From Camelus ferus (Eukaryota), in assembly GCF_009834535.1 (NCBI RefSeq), contig NC_045708.1:5580001-5644000 (forward strand): a stretch of DNA of 64,000 nucleotides, read 5' to 3'. Position 1 is the stretch's first letter, and each line of letters starts with the position of its first letter. A model generated the notes under the pieces. It was not told where the DNA came from and did no database searches. It saw nothing but the letters and a program-made list of their open reading frames with translations. Below are positions 52,204-64,000 of this stretch, piece by piece. A program made the translations under genes and the position numbers.

Positions 52204-53637
52204 AAGAAAGGCACCTCCTCTCAAATGGCCACTATGCCATCTTTTGTTCTTACTGGGACTCCATTCGCCATCATTTCCTTCCCCTCCTAACTCACTGGCC
52301 TGAGGCAGAAAGGTAAGCAGAACTTTTCTAAGAAACGAAAGGCACAAACTCAGAAAAGGTCAAAGTACGATAAAAAAGGCACTGGCCAATAGGCTGAACT
52401 TGCTGAGGTGAAAGAACGAACAACAGAATTTCAACAAACCCTCCGTGCTATACAGAGGACAGGTCTGTTTGCTATAAAATGCCCAAATCTCTTTCTCAAC
52501 AAATATTTTTTTCAATTTTGGTTCTCAATTTTTCAATAAAATATTGACTGGAGACATGTATTATTTCACAGCAATACCACTTGTTTTTTATAATTATTGG
52601 GTCAGTTTCATTACGGTCAGTGAAAAATTTACCCTACATTTTGAGCAGCTGTATATTTTCAAAGAATTTTATAATTAATACTCCAAACAAAGTCAAGAAT
52701 CTCCAGTGCTCAAACTTCCGTATGTTAGCAAATCAACCAGACGGGTTACGGTCTACCTGGTAGAATCCAGACATCTTAGGAAGCAGCTCATGTTCTGCTT
52801 TTGGATTTCACATTTTACAGGGTTCAAAAAAAAAAAAAAAAAAAAAACTTTGATATTTTTCAACTTTTTCTTCAAAGGAAAATTATAATTATTTTTGCAA
52901 TTCCAAAGAAGCAACAAAAAAAATGACAGTTTACAAAACCTACCCAATGGGTAGCTTTCGTTAGCCTCATTTTATTGAAGTGGAAACAGAGTCTGGGAAA
53001 TATAAGCTTCACCCATGGACAGAAAGATGAAGTGGGAGCACAGAATTGGAATCCAGGTTGCCTGGGTCCGAGGAAGAGGAGGAGAGATCTTTCCAGGTTT
53101 TTGGTCTTAACAAAAGGATCAAGCACTCAAATTAATGGCCATGAGGTACCAGACAAATAAAAAAGCAACTAAGGAGAGTAAAAGGCTGGATGTAACAAGG
53201 TCCCTACACTCATCCCTTTTTATAAGCTAGGACCAACCTACTTTAGTTTAACCAAGGATGCTGGTGTTTTGGTTAAATATATATAAGGTCTAACTGACTT
53301 TATGTATTAGGACCTCTGAGCTGAAATTCACTGACTTTAAGTTTCTAACCAGATTTTGGATCAGACTGCTCCGAACAAAATGAGAATATAATGACATTAT
53401 GTTTCAGGGAATGCTGACTGCAGAAGTAAATTTGGAGTGCCTCTAATCTACTGAGCAAAAGGGAACACTCCCTGAGTGCAGAAATGTCAAAACAAACTCC
53501 AAAAGCAAAGCCAGTTACCAAAGGTTCAAAGTTCTCTCTCATTTGCCAGCCTCTCATCCTACCTGAAGCTAGAAACATCTACTCCCACATTTTTTGCCCA
53601 AGTTTTGTTCCTTAAATGTCATGGCTTACCAAGAATG

Positions 53638-53978
53638 CAGTGTCACAATCCCTTAGCAAAGGTCCTTAGGATCAGAGGATTTCAAGAATTCAGAACTTGT
53701 GGATTCAGAAAGGCACTGCAGTGAATACGTCACATACTATGCAAGGCCCCAGCAGTGTCTGAGGAATAACCTCTGTTCTGTCACACTGGTACTTCTGTAG
53801 TGGAAGTTGTGCAAATTCGCATCAAGTGAACTGAATAAAGAATTAAAAAGCCACACACCAGTTCAGATCAAGTTTGACCTCAGGGTCAAATGAGTTTTAG
53901 CACCCAACTTAGCATAAAGAGTTTTTGATCCTCAAAGCTTTCAGATTTCAGAATTGAAAATAAAAGATTATGAATCTA
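53638..53978. mobile_element. MER46C-like TcMar-Tigger MITE
   Basis: Degenerate terminal inverted repeats cagtgtcacaatccctta / taaaagattatgaatcta; internal gaattcagaac and ctttcagatttcagaattg. Confidence 0.75.
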
Positions 53979-56807
53979 TATTATAGTGGGTGCTTTATTA
54001 TATTAATAGTACTCTAAGTAGAAAAAAATAATTAATGAAATATAAATGTATACCTTATAATACCGAATCAATTCTAGCCAATTACAAGAAATCCACCCTT
54101 GCCAAATTTAAAGGCAATGAACCAAAGAATACAGAAAAGTCTGTTTCCCACTATCAAGCATGTGTTCAATAAGGTAATACTATCAAAACCAAAACGTTCT
54201 GGACAACCAGGCCCCTGATAAGATATAATATTCAGAAATATAATAACTAGGTTGGGGGGAAAAGTAGCTAAACACTAGGGTTTAAAAAGGATCTATGACA
54301 AACTTAGGGGGGAAAAACAAACTTTCAGTTGCAGCTTAAGATGCTAAATAAATTATGGCAAACAAGATAAATCAATTTTTTTACTACTATCAGAAAATTT
54401 GCTGTGAGAAATACACAATTCCATCCTGAACTTCAGCTTTAACTGCTCACCCAGAGTTCTCACACTACTTAAGGGGAGGAGAAGTCATCAAGTTTGGAGT
54501 CACAGAATCACCACCCTAACTTCCAGGGGTCCTACTGATCCAGGCACTACTTCACAGGGCTGTTAGAACACTGACATTGCCTCCCCAAATGATTCAGGGC
54601 ACCAGGAATGAGCACACAGCACCACGCAGCCACAATTACATGCTAGTCTTGCTCATCCAAACAAGGGAGACCTACACCAGAAACCAGCTCACCACACAGC
54701 CCCGTCCCTCACAAAACCGAAGCAAAGACAGAAACAGGTGAATTCTCTGAGGGAGTGCACCCTGAGCACTCTAGGGATTGGGCTGTGCGTAAGCCAGGTG
54801 GAGAAAACACAGTTTTCTATACTCTGTTAAATCACATACACACTTTTGGTAATTTGAGCAGCTGTGGGAACCTCAAAGTTAGAAACTGACGTTGAGGGTG
54901 AAGCAGTGAGCTCGCGCTGTTAAGCCACGCTGGCTCCCCTGCTGCAAGTTTTCACATTGACTTTGTGAGAAGTTTGAGACCTGCCACAGACTTACTATCT
55001 GTAAGTAGACATTCAAATATCTGCTCACTTCAACTCATCCAACAACCTTTAAGCACTTACACCATATTCAGCACAAGCTGGACATGGGGAGCACAGGCAT
55101 AGACATGAGCCAGCGGGAACAGGAAGGTCAAAGCACTAAAGGGAGACTCAGGATGCAGATCCTATAAGCGCACTGCCACAGGCACACATTTGTGTTGCTT
55201 TTTCAGGCGAGATAAATAAAACCTTCCACTGCATATCCAACCCACATTTTAAGACAAAACTGATGGGAATATCACCCTGAATGACTGCCAGCAACAGACA
55301 ATAAAAAATGAGCGAAGAACATGTGTGAGTTTCTAGCTTACACAGTTACGTATCACTTTAAATAAGCAATTGGCAAAAACAGGTGCATAACCAAACCTAA
55401 TGAAAAATAAATTTGATTAGCTGTTATGAACCCAAGAGCTACACATTTAAAACACAAAAGCTATTGGGTCAATTCTCTAATACAGTCTAACTTGTGCAAT
55501 ATGGCAGCTACCTATCAGATAGTGAAATACACATGGCATCAGAGGAGTAACGGACTACTGTATATCTAGACAGACATCCAAGTTCAAGTGTTTCACACTT
55601 CACTTGGGCAGCAGGAAGCTATGACCAAGCAGTTAATGACTGGATACATAAAATAAACATTTCCTAATATAATACGCTTTTGAAATATTATCACTGATCA
55701 GCCTCTCTGCCATTAGAATAGGGCATGCTTTGAAATGAAAAGAGCTCAAATTCACTGTTTTCTACAGAAAAAAAGATAAGCAAAAAAGGTGACCGTTACA
55801 CTACGACCCAATAGTTGCTGTCCAGTGTATATATGGAGAAAGTCACTAGGGTACACGCCCCGAAAGAGCTGTATGCAGCCTCTTGCAGCCATGACAGATA
55901 ATGTGCCACCTTTTAATGACCCCAAGTTGACTACCTGAACAGCAACATTCCAAATTTTACATATAATTTCTCAGTATCCTCCAGGGAGATGTTTTCCCGA
56001 AACTACTCATCTTGCAATTATACTTGAGTTCTTCCACTAACTTCCCTGAGCTGAGCATCTTTTCTCTCTTTCTAAATCCTTGTATGTGTAGACTATGTCT
56101 TGACTGTTCTGAGCAGAGACTACTTGATCACCTAAATAATATTCTTTGTTTTTTTAAAATCCTTACCTGTAGTTGCATGATTAATACAGGATAAGCATGA
56201 ATGCATGTACTCTTACAGAAGTTCTTCCAAGGACTAACTACAGTCTATTACAGACATAAAAAAGTCTTTGTTAAATTATTTTGACTCTATTGCTTTTCAT
56301 TTAAAAAATAATGATTCCACCTGTTACACAGATCTTACCAAGACGGTTGAGAACTGGATGTGTCCATCTCACACCAGTAGTCTTACCAGAGATATTTCAG
56401 TGAGTGTTCCTGGGATTTTATTAAGTGAACAAATTACTAATCAATAAACTTTCTGTAATGGCCTTTTCAGTAAGGTATCATGGAAGTCTTGACTGAATGT
56501 GCATGAGGGTAATGGTGTCCCAATTCATGATAAGTAAGTTCAAAACACAGATCAACAAAATATATGTCTTTATCTTGCCCTCTCTAAACCCAAATTTTCT
56601 TACTTTTCCTTTTCTTAACAACAACAAAAAAGAGCAAACAATAAGCTGCTGTAGACACCAGTTCTAACATCTTCCAAAGGGGTCTACTAAAGGACTTTTC
56701 GTGTCTTTTCTCTCATCTTAACAGTACCTGCCCAGAAGTGCACGCACACAGACACATACACGAGAAAAGCAGAAGTCCTCGCTGAGGGGGCCCAAGTGTC
56801 TTACTTA

Positions 56808-56939
<132 letters not shown>

Positions 56940-57505
56940 TTAGCAATACCCTCAACTGCTTTGCAAACCAAAATACTCCAGAAGAGGAGGGGCGGCGGGA
57001 GACGCACCTAAGCCCATGAGCACGCAGTCTGCGAACACACAGAGGAGAGCTACTAACTGTACTTACCTAGTCAAAACAACGGGTGTTCCCCCAAAGCAAG
57101 AAAATGTCCAACATAGTATTTTTTGTTCCATGATTGCTTCAACGACCTACAACTTTACAGCCTACAACCTAATTGCTTTTAGCTCAGCATTTTAGTCTTA
57201 GAATAAAATTAACTAAACCAAAGATAAATTGAGGGCAGGATTGTGATGAAAGGATATGAAATTAGAAACGATGGGAAAATTTTAAACCTCAGTTATATTA
57301 CTTTACCCAAAAAATCCACCTTTGTAAATCATCAAAACAAAATGGACCTTTTCTTCCTGTTACCTTGTAAGTAGAATGAGTAACTGTTAAATACTTTCCT
57401 TCTCCATAAGCATGCAAGAAATAAACTGTCTTAGAGATTAAAATCTAGAGAAATTTTAACTTTTTAAACATATAGATGGGTTTTACATAAAAACACACCT
57501 TTCCC

Positions 57506-57612
57506 GGGGAGGGGGATAATAGCTCCCCCCAAGAAAGAACACATGCTTAGCATGTACAAGGTCCTGAGTTTAATCACCAGTACCTCCAATTTAAAAAAAA
57601 AAAAAAAAAAAA
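57506..57612 (+). mobile_element. Vic-1-type SINE with long poly-A tail
   Basis: acatgcttagcatgtacaaggtcctgagtttaatcaccagtacctcca followed by an A run. Confidence 0.85.
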
Positions 57613-58370
57613 GATACTGACTACAAACACACTCTTCCCAAATTTTCAGGTAACATTAAACGACTGTAAGTTGGAACAGTTTCCCATGGAAATATTGCAA
57701 TAAAGAGAAATAAGGCCTTCAGGTTCATCTACTAACAAAAAAGCTAACCCACAGTACAGCTGAAAACTCTACACCACCACAGAACTCCTTAAGCAGTGTT
57801 TCCACGCACCAAACGTAAATGTCAGAAACATCATCCCACACAGTAGGGCCCACCTTCCCACTACACAGACACACATACACAGGAGAGGTGAGAGAGTTCC
57901 CAAGAAAGCAGGGAGGTCTTAAGAATTTCAACTCCCTCAGCAGTCACAGAAGGCAGCTGTCAAGGGGAAGCCCAAAGCTGCGATCAGAGTAAACGGACCC
58001 GGAGGATCAAAGACACAGCACGGCACAGGCAGGATGCTTCCAGGGGTGTGACCACCCACTGCTGAACAGGCAGTCCTTTCCCACAAAGACTCCAGGAGTC
58101 GGCACGTTAACAACATACACACCAGCTCATGGCTAAGGCGTCAGTGAAAGAAACTAAGGGGTGTCAACATGGTGATGGACATTCGTTCACTTCCTACCAA
58201 ATTAAAAAGCAACGTCCTCCCTTCCCGCAGGGCTTAAGTCATCTGTGACCAAAGCCTCAGGCGTGGGCAGAAGGTAAGATGAGTTCAATCTCCATTTTTA
58301 AAATTAAACAGAAATACTACTGATTTCTCGAAGCCCCTTGGGCACTACTGGTCAGACGATAATGCAGGGT

Positions 58371-58543
58371 TAGTGAGCGCTTGAAATGTGGCTGGTACAA
58401 CTGAAGAGAGTGGAACTTTAAATTTTATTTAATCTTAATTGATGTAAATATAAATAGCCACACGCAGCTAGTGGCCACTATATCAAACAGCACAGATTTA
58501 TATACTACTTCCATCATCACGGAAAGTTCTATTGGGCACACTG
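58371..58543. mobile_element. MER33/MER3-like hAT-Charlie element
   Basis: cttgaaatgtggctggtacaactgaag...aaatagccacacgcagctagtggccact...ccatcatcacggaaagttctattgg. Confidence 0.8.
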
Positions 58544-59048
58544 TTTTGTCAGTAACAAGATACAAGTAAAGGAAAATGTGGATTAGGTATCAACTTCCCA
58601 GGCCCAGGACCAGTCCCTCTTGTATTTAACTGGGACTAAAATGAGCTTCTGGGAAAGAAAAAGCAGGCAAGATAACTGGTCTAGATGGACAGTGCACTCA
58701 CCCTGCAACTAACCACCCATCTATCTGAAACGGTTTAGTCCTGAAGCCTACAAGAAACAGCTATGCCCCTGTCAGTTAAATAGGTATACATAAACCTATT
58801 ATGCCTATCTCATAAAAATATTAAGATCAAATAAGAAATCCACGGAACTCCGTATACTATTCAGCGTTACGTGAAGTAGGTTATTTCCATCAGTGTTCAT
58901 TACTAAAGGAAAGTGATTCTTCTTCATTATTCTCATTACTCAAATTTAAGTTTACCCATAAACTTGAGTAATTAATAGATGAAACATATAGAAACCCTAC
59001 CAACCCACAGCTCTAAACACAGGCATGGGAAATCAGGTACGTGTAAGA

Positions 59049-59215
59049 CAGGGTCCTCAATCTCAGCACTCCTGACATCTCACACTGAGCAATCCTCTGC
59101 TGGCGGCACTGTCCTGCATGTAGGAGCATGGCAGGCCTCCACCCAGAGCACCCGCACGCACATCATTGTGACAACCAAGAACGATGCCAGAATGTTCCCT
59201 AGGAAGGGCAATACA
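59049..59215. mobile_element. MER20-like hAT element
   Basis: cagggtcctcaatctcagcactcctgacat...ttgtgacaaccaagaacgatgccagaatgttcc. Confidence 0.75.
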
Positions 59216-59224
59216 ATTGCTGAT

Positions 59225-59860
59225 ATTCACCGCAGCATCATTCATAATTGAAACACCCTGGAAACAGCCTAAATGCCCATACACCAGAGAGCAGATGAGT
59301 AAACCAAGGTGCATACACGCAATGGAGTTTACGCAGCTGTGAAGGAGAATGAGCTCTATGAACTGACAAGGAGCAATTTCCAGAACATGCTGCTCCATAG
59401 AAAAAGCAAAGTGCAAGAATGTTGATAGTATGCTACCCTTCACAAAAGAAAAGAAGTTATAAGAAAACAGATACGTATTTGCTCATTTGTGAAAAGAAAA
59501 TGCAAGGAGGATAAACTAAGAAGTAAGTGATCAGTCATCTACAGCAGGAAGGTAGAAGGAGGGGGAAAGAAGTGGGGGCCGGGAACACAGCAGCAGGGTG
59601 AGGACTACAGCGTTGTTACAGCTCTGACCCTCAAGACCACAGCAACAGCCCACAACCCTCCCTTACCCACAAAGTAAACAAACAGTCCAAATCAACCAAG
59701 AGGAACCAAAAATGGAATGCAAAGTCTAACAAATGAATAACACAAGCACACTTAAGGAGCTAGGAAAACACGATATTGCCTGCATACCATGTATGACTAA
59801 AGACAACAATGTAGTCAGTGAATGTGCTTCTTACAGGCACATGGGTTACAATTTCTGAAA
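59225..59860 (+). mobile_element. Old L1MC-type 3' region
   Basis: ttcaccgcagcatcattcataattgaaacaccctggaaacagcctaaatgccca... Confidence 0.7.
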
Positions 59861-59994
59861 CTAAGTTACATGTATTGCAGAATTGAATAAAAATAAGCAA
59901 ATGTATTTTGAACAATAAGAATTGAGTTCTTCAGGACTAAGGAGAGAAGTCACAGATAAGGGGGTTAGGGGGCAATCTGGTGGTGCTGAGCTGG

Positions 59995-60190
59995 CAATGT
60001 CCTCTCTGCTTGGGCCATGTGAGGACACACGGAGAAGCCAGCAGTCTGCACCACGAAGAGGGCCCTCACCAGAACTCAAAAATGCTGCCACCCTGATCTT
60101 GGACTTCCAGGCTCCAAAGCCCTAAGAAATTTCTGTCGTTTATAAGCCACCCAGTCCATGGTATTTCGTTTCTAGCAGACCAACGAAGGA
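59995..60190 (+). mobile_element. MLT1 LTR 3' part
   Basis: ccctgatcttggacttccaggctcca...tttataagccacccagtccatggtattt. Confidence 0.8.
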
Positions 60191-63100
60191 AGGTGTCCAT
60201 GAAATTCAAATAGGGTCTTCAGTTCAATGCTGCTGCTCTCATGCTATTTCTTGGTTCTGATAACTGCATTGTAGTTACGTAAGATGCTACCACCAACAAA
60301 GATTGGGAGAGGGATACGTGGAAACTCAGTACTTAACAACTTTTCTATGTTTCCAAAAGTAGCTCCAAATAAAAGAATTTCTAAAAGACTGTGACATAGT
60401 CAAGGGCAGAGAGAATGCTCCTCAGGTGTTCCCAGCACCTACAGAGCCCTTCCAATACTAGCAGCTCAATAATGTCTCAAATGATGACTGAATAAATAAA
60501 TAAGTGACAAGTTATGGTGTCTAATCAAGTAATACACATGTATAGACAAAACAATATAAATGCCACAGGTCAAAGTTATTTCATATATAAAAAGAACAGT
60601 GGATTAAAGCCAGGATAATGAAAGATGCAAAACTAAGCACTCCGAGGCTGCATGACAGCCCCCAGGGAACTTGCAGGAGCTACAGGAACTTTGTGAATTC
60701 TAAGGAATGGCGGGGCAACTGCACAAAGATGTAATTCATCTGTTTCAATCACTATACATACATGATTCTAGCACCATTACAAAGTAAAGAGAGAAACTGA
60801 TTCAGGATGGAAAGAGGGCAATAAAAAGCCCTACAGACCTAGCTGAGGGTTTCTTGGCCCCTGGGCTTCCAGAAGATTCACTCTACAACATATTCCTATT
60901 AATATGAATTCCTAGGTAAGATGATAGCTTAATGACCTGACCTACCTTAGGATATTTTTTTTTCCCCAATAGGAAGCAGATAATCATAAGGTTGGAAAAC
61001 AGTCCTCAAGCTGATGAGACAGTTATGATCTCCTGCCAGCCCTCCACAATCAATACTTGAGAATTCACTGTTACAAGTGCACAGTAAACCTGAAAATGTT
61101 GCCCAGGTCATGTGTTCATAGTCAATCACAAAGCACTCTCTCCAGATCATTGATCATCAATGAAATGTGATCCTTACGGTGAAAAAACTAACACAGCAAA
61201 CAAATGCAAGCTACAATTTTTATTTAGCTTAATAAAGCCAATCTGCTCATTCCCAGAGCATCTGGAATGGCTCCCTGTGCTAAACAACCCCCCCTCCCTG
61301 TGCCTAAAGCAATCTGAGTGCACAGTCAGCCCAACCCAGAGGCCACCGAGAAATAAACAGATGCTGAGTAACTGTACCATCAGTAACTCAACACGTAATT
61401 ATACTTAATTTCGCTTTTTCATTTCCTCCTTTTATGCCTTTAAGAATCCAATTCCACTTCAATGGGCATAAGCACCACTCATGCTCCTGAGTGTGAGATA
61501 CTCTGCAAGAGGCTTCTTCACGCCCCTTATCTTACTGGTATAGAGCCAGTTCAGGGTTCTGTCACTTAGTCATGTGACTTTTTAAAAGTCTGTCAAAGAG
61601 ATGGCACAAAAGTTAACAAACTTGACCTTGGTCATAAAACAATGTGGCAGGAGTCAAACTGGCGTCTTCTGATTTCAATCTGGAACCTTTTCTGTTATAC
61701 CAGTGTCAACCAAAAATACTTCTCTAGGAATAAGGAGAACTCAGAAAGACTCTACTCAAGATAACTAACTTAGTATTGCTATATGGTTATTGATAAATGT
61801 AACAAAGAAAAGAAAATGAACAGCTGTAGAAACTTACCTTGAAAGGTAGGAATGAGAGACAGCCAAGGCAAGAATGCAAACAGTGGCAAAGCGGTACTGC
61901 TGGACCTCAGCACGGATTCTACACTGCCTCTTCTGGGAGTGAACGTACTCTGGGTAGGGACATGCTACAATCTCAATCTACACAGAGAGGCTGCCGAGGA
62001 CTTTGTTTTCATTCTGATTCGGGATGGCTAAAGGACCAAGCTCTCTCTCCTTTATAACCCAACCCAAGCACCAGCTTGAAAGAGAAAGTTACACATCAGT
62101 TTCCTCCTGAGTGAATGGAATGGCAAGGGCCCTCACAGAGCTGCTGTGAGCCCAGGGAGTCCACACAACGGAGCACTTTGATCTCCAAGAAGAACGGGGC
62201 TAAGCCCTAAGCACCATTAGTCTGTTTCTTTCTTTCTTTGTCCTCCATGTTATTTTCATTACATTCATTCTGATCCTCTTTCATGTGCCTATGGACTATT
62301 TTATCTGTCCTCTTTCAAAACTGAATTTATTTTTGGCAATACTACTTTATATCTGTGGAGAAAAAAAAAAAAAACCCTTTCTTTGGATAAATGGTGAAGG
62401 AAAGTTGTAAGAAAAATAAAAGTCTAATCTCCCACCCCATACTTTAAAAGTAATCTAGCTTTAGTGAAGAGAAAAGGAAGAAACAGAGACTCCCAGGGGC
62501 ACTGCTATTCAAGCCTGCTTTCACCAGAGATGACCGTGCAGGGAGCACTGTGCCATGGAGAACCGGCGAGGTTCCCAAGCAACAGTGAGAACCGCACAGG
62601 TGAGCTCCAGATGCAGGCAACTGTCAGCACACCCACAGGTACTTGACTGAGCAGCCACCAGGCCAGATCGTTCAGTAACTATGTGACCACTGTCATCTGG
62701 TGTCTCTGAAAAACAGCCCACATGTCAAGTCACATAAGAGAGGCTCTGTTTGAAGTTTATAAGATCAAATTTAAGATGACTGCTTTATAAAATGACTTTA
62801 TGGTCACTTTAAAGAAATAACACAAGAGGGAAAACTAATCAAAATGGGTTCTAGTCCCACGCACAGTGAAAAGAAGGTAAGGAATGGCCACTCTAGCACT
62901 TCAGCTCTTTGGTGGCCGGGAAACAGGTAGTGACCTATACAATCACACAAATTTCCAGAACATACTTGATTGTGAACCTAGTTAAAGTAAATTCACCTAG
63001 GTCCAGCTAGAATTATCTGGGACAACTGGTTCTTCTAAAAATGCTAAAATAGTATAAAATGACTCCACAAATCTAAATAGTCTGATAAATATTCAAATAT

Positions 63101-63502
63101 ATTAATTTTAAGCAAATGTAAGAAAGCACATTGAATAACCAGAGATACAGATCTCACGTATTCACTTGTTTTAACTTGGAGTCTAAATTGCTTAAAATCA
63201 TTCCCCTCGATCAATGAAATGAGACGGAAAGAGGAGGGGGAAGTATGCAAAGCAGGAGAAGAAACAATCGCAGGATCAAGCCACTTGACTTAGCCAAAAG
63301 TGTAATGGTTCCACCATCTACCCAACCTCCCATTAGCTTGCCTTCCGCTTTGTCCAGCAAGCACGTATCAGACTGGAAAGCCACCGCCGAGAAGACATGG
63401 AAAGCTCGAGGGAATTCTGGAAGAAGTTTACAAAACACCACAGGAATTCTCTATATTTATCTAAAGTCCTGGAAGAAGCCAGATCTATCCACATACACTC
63501 CT

Positions 63503-63812
63503 TAGTGGGTTGGCAAACTATGGTCTGCAAGCCAAATCTGGCCCACCTGTTCTTGTACAGCCTGAGAACTAATGGCTTTCACATTTTTAAATGGCTAAAA
63601 AAAAAAAAAAAATCAAAAGAAGAGTCACATCTCCTGACATGTGGAAATTAAATGAGATTCAAATTTCAGTGTCCACAAATAAAGTTCTATTGGCACAGAG
63701 TTACCTCATTTATTTACATGTTGCCTATGGCTTCTGCGCCACAATGGCTGAGCTGAGTAGTTCAACAGATACCATATGAAAGACTATCTGAACCAAAGTT
63801 TGCCAAAATCCT
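63503..63812. mobile_element. MER58B-like hAT-Charlie element
   Basis: gggttggcaaactatgg...aaatttcagtgtccacaaataaagttctattgg...aaagtttgccaa inverted termini. Confidence 0.85.
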
Positions 63813-63831
63813 CCCTATATTAAAAGTTGCC

Positions 63832-63953
63832 GGTGGGGAGGGTATATAGCTCAGTGGTAGAGCAAATGCCTAGCATGCACGAGGTCATGGGTTCGATCCC
63901 CAGCATATGTTAAATGAAAGCAAACAAACAAACAAACAAACCTAACCCCCTCC
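63832..63953 (+). mobile_element. Vic-1-type SINE with 9-bp TSD
   Basis: atagctcagtggtagagcaaatgcctagcatgcacgaggtcatgggttcgatccccag; TSD aaaagttgc at 63822-63830 and 63954-63962. Confidence 0.92.
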
Positions 63954-64000
63954 AAAAGTTGCTACTAATTTGCCTTGAAGTAACTGGATTGAGCTATGTA

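Overview
Mammalian genomic DNA, almost certainly camelid: it holds nine copies of a tRNA-Ala(AGC)-derived SINE of the Vic-1 type plus cetartiodactyl-type L1 3' ends. The whole window lies inside the RERE (atrophin-2) gene on the minus strand. Five consecutive coding exons have canonical GT-AG boundaries and one continuous frame: 56809-56913, 29380-29428, 22454-22578, 21306-21405 and 558-656 (about exons 7-11 in human numbering, from memory). They encode the end of the BAH domain, the ELM2 domain and the start of the SANT domain. The rest is intron with the usual repeats (old L1M, L2, MIR, MLT1, Charlie1, MER elements, one ERV1 solo LTR with a 4-bp TSD) and three N gaps. Best signals beyond this: (1) an intragenic CpG-rich promoter with an alternative first coding exon, MDEPLSPCR, in frame with the 49-nt exon, predicting a BAH-less ELM2-SANT RERE isoform; (2) a probable L1 3' transduction with TSD; (3) several candidate cassette, poison or recursive splice elements; (4) a perfect 36-bp templated insertion at a deletion junction in an old L1. 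No prokaryote-type system, CRISPR array or true RNA gene is present. Repeat family names and human comparisons are recalled from memory, not from database searches.
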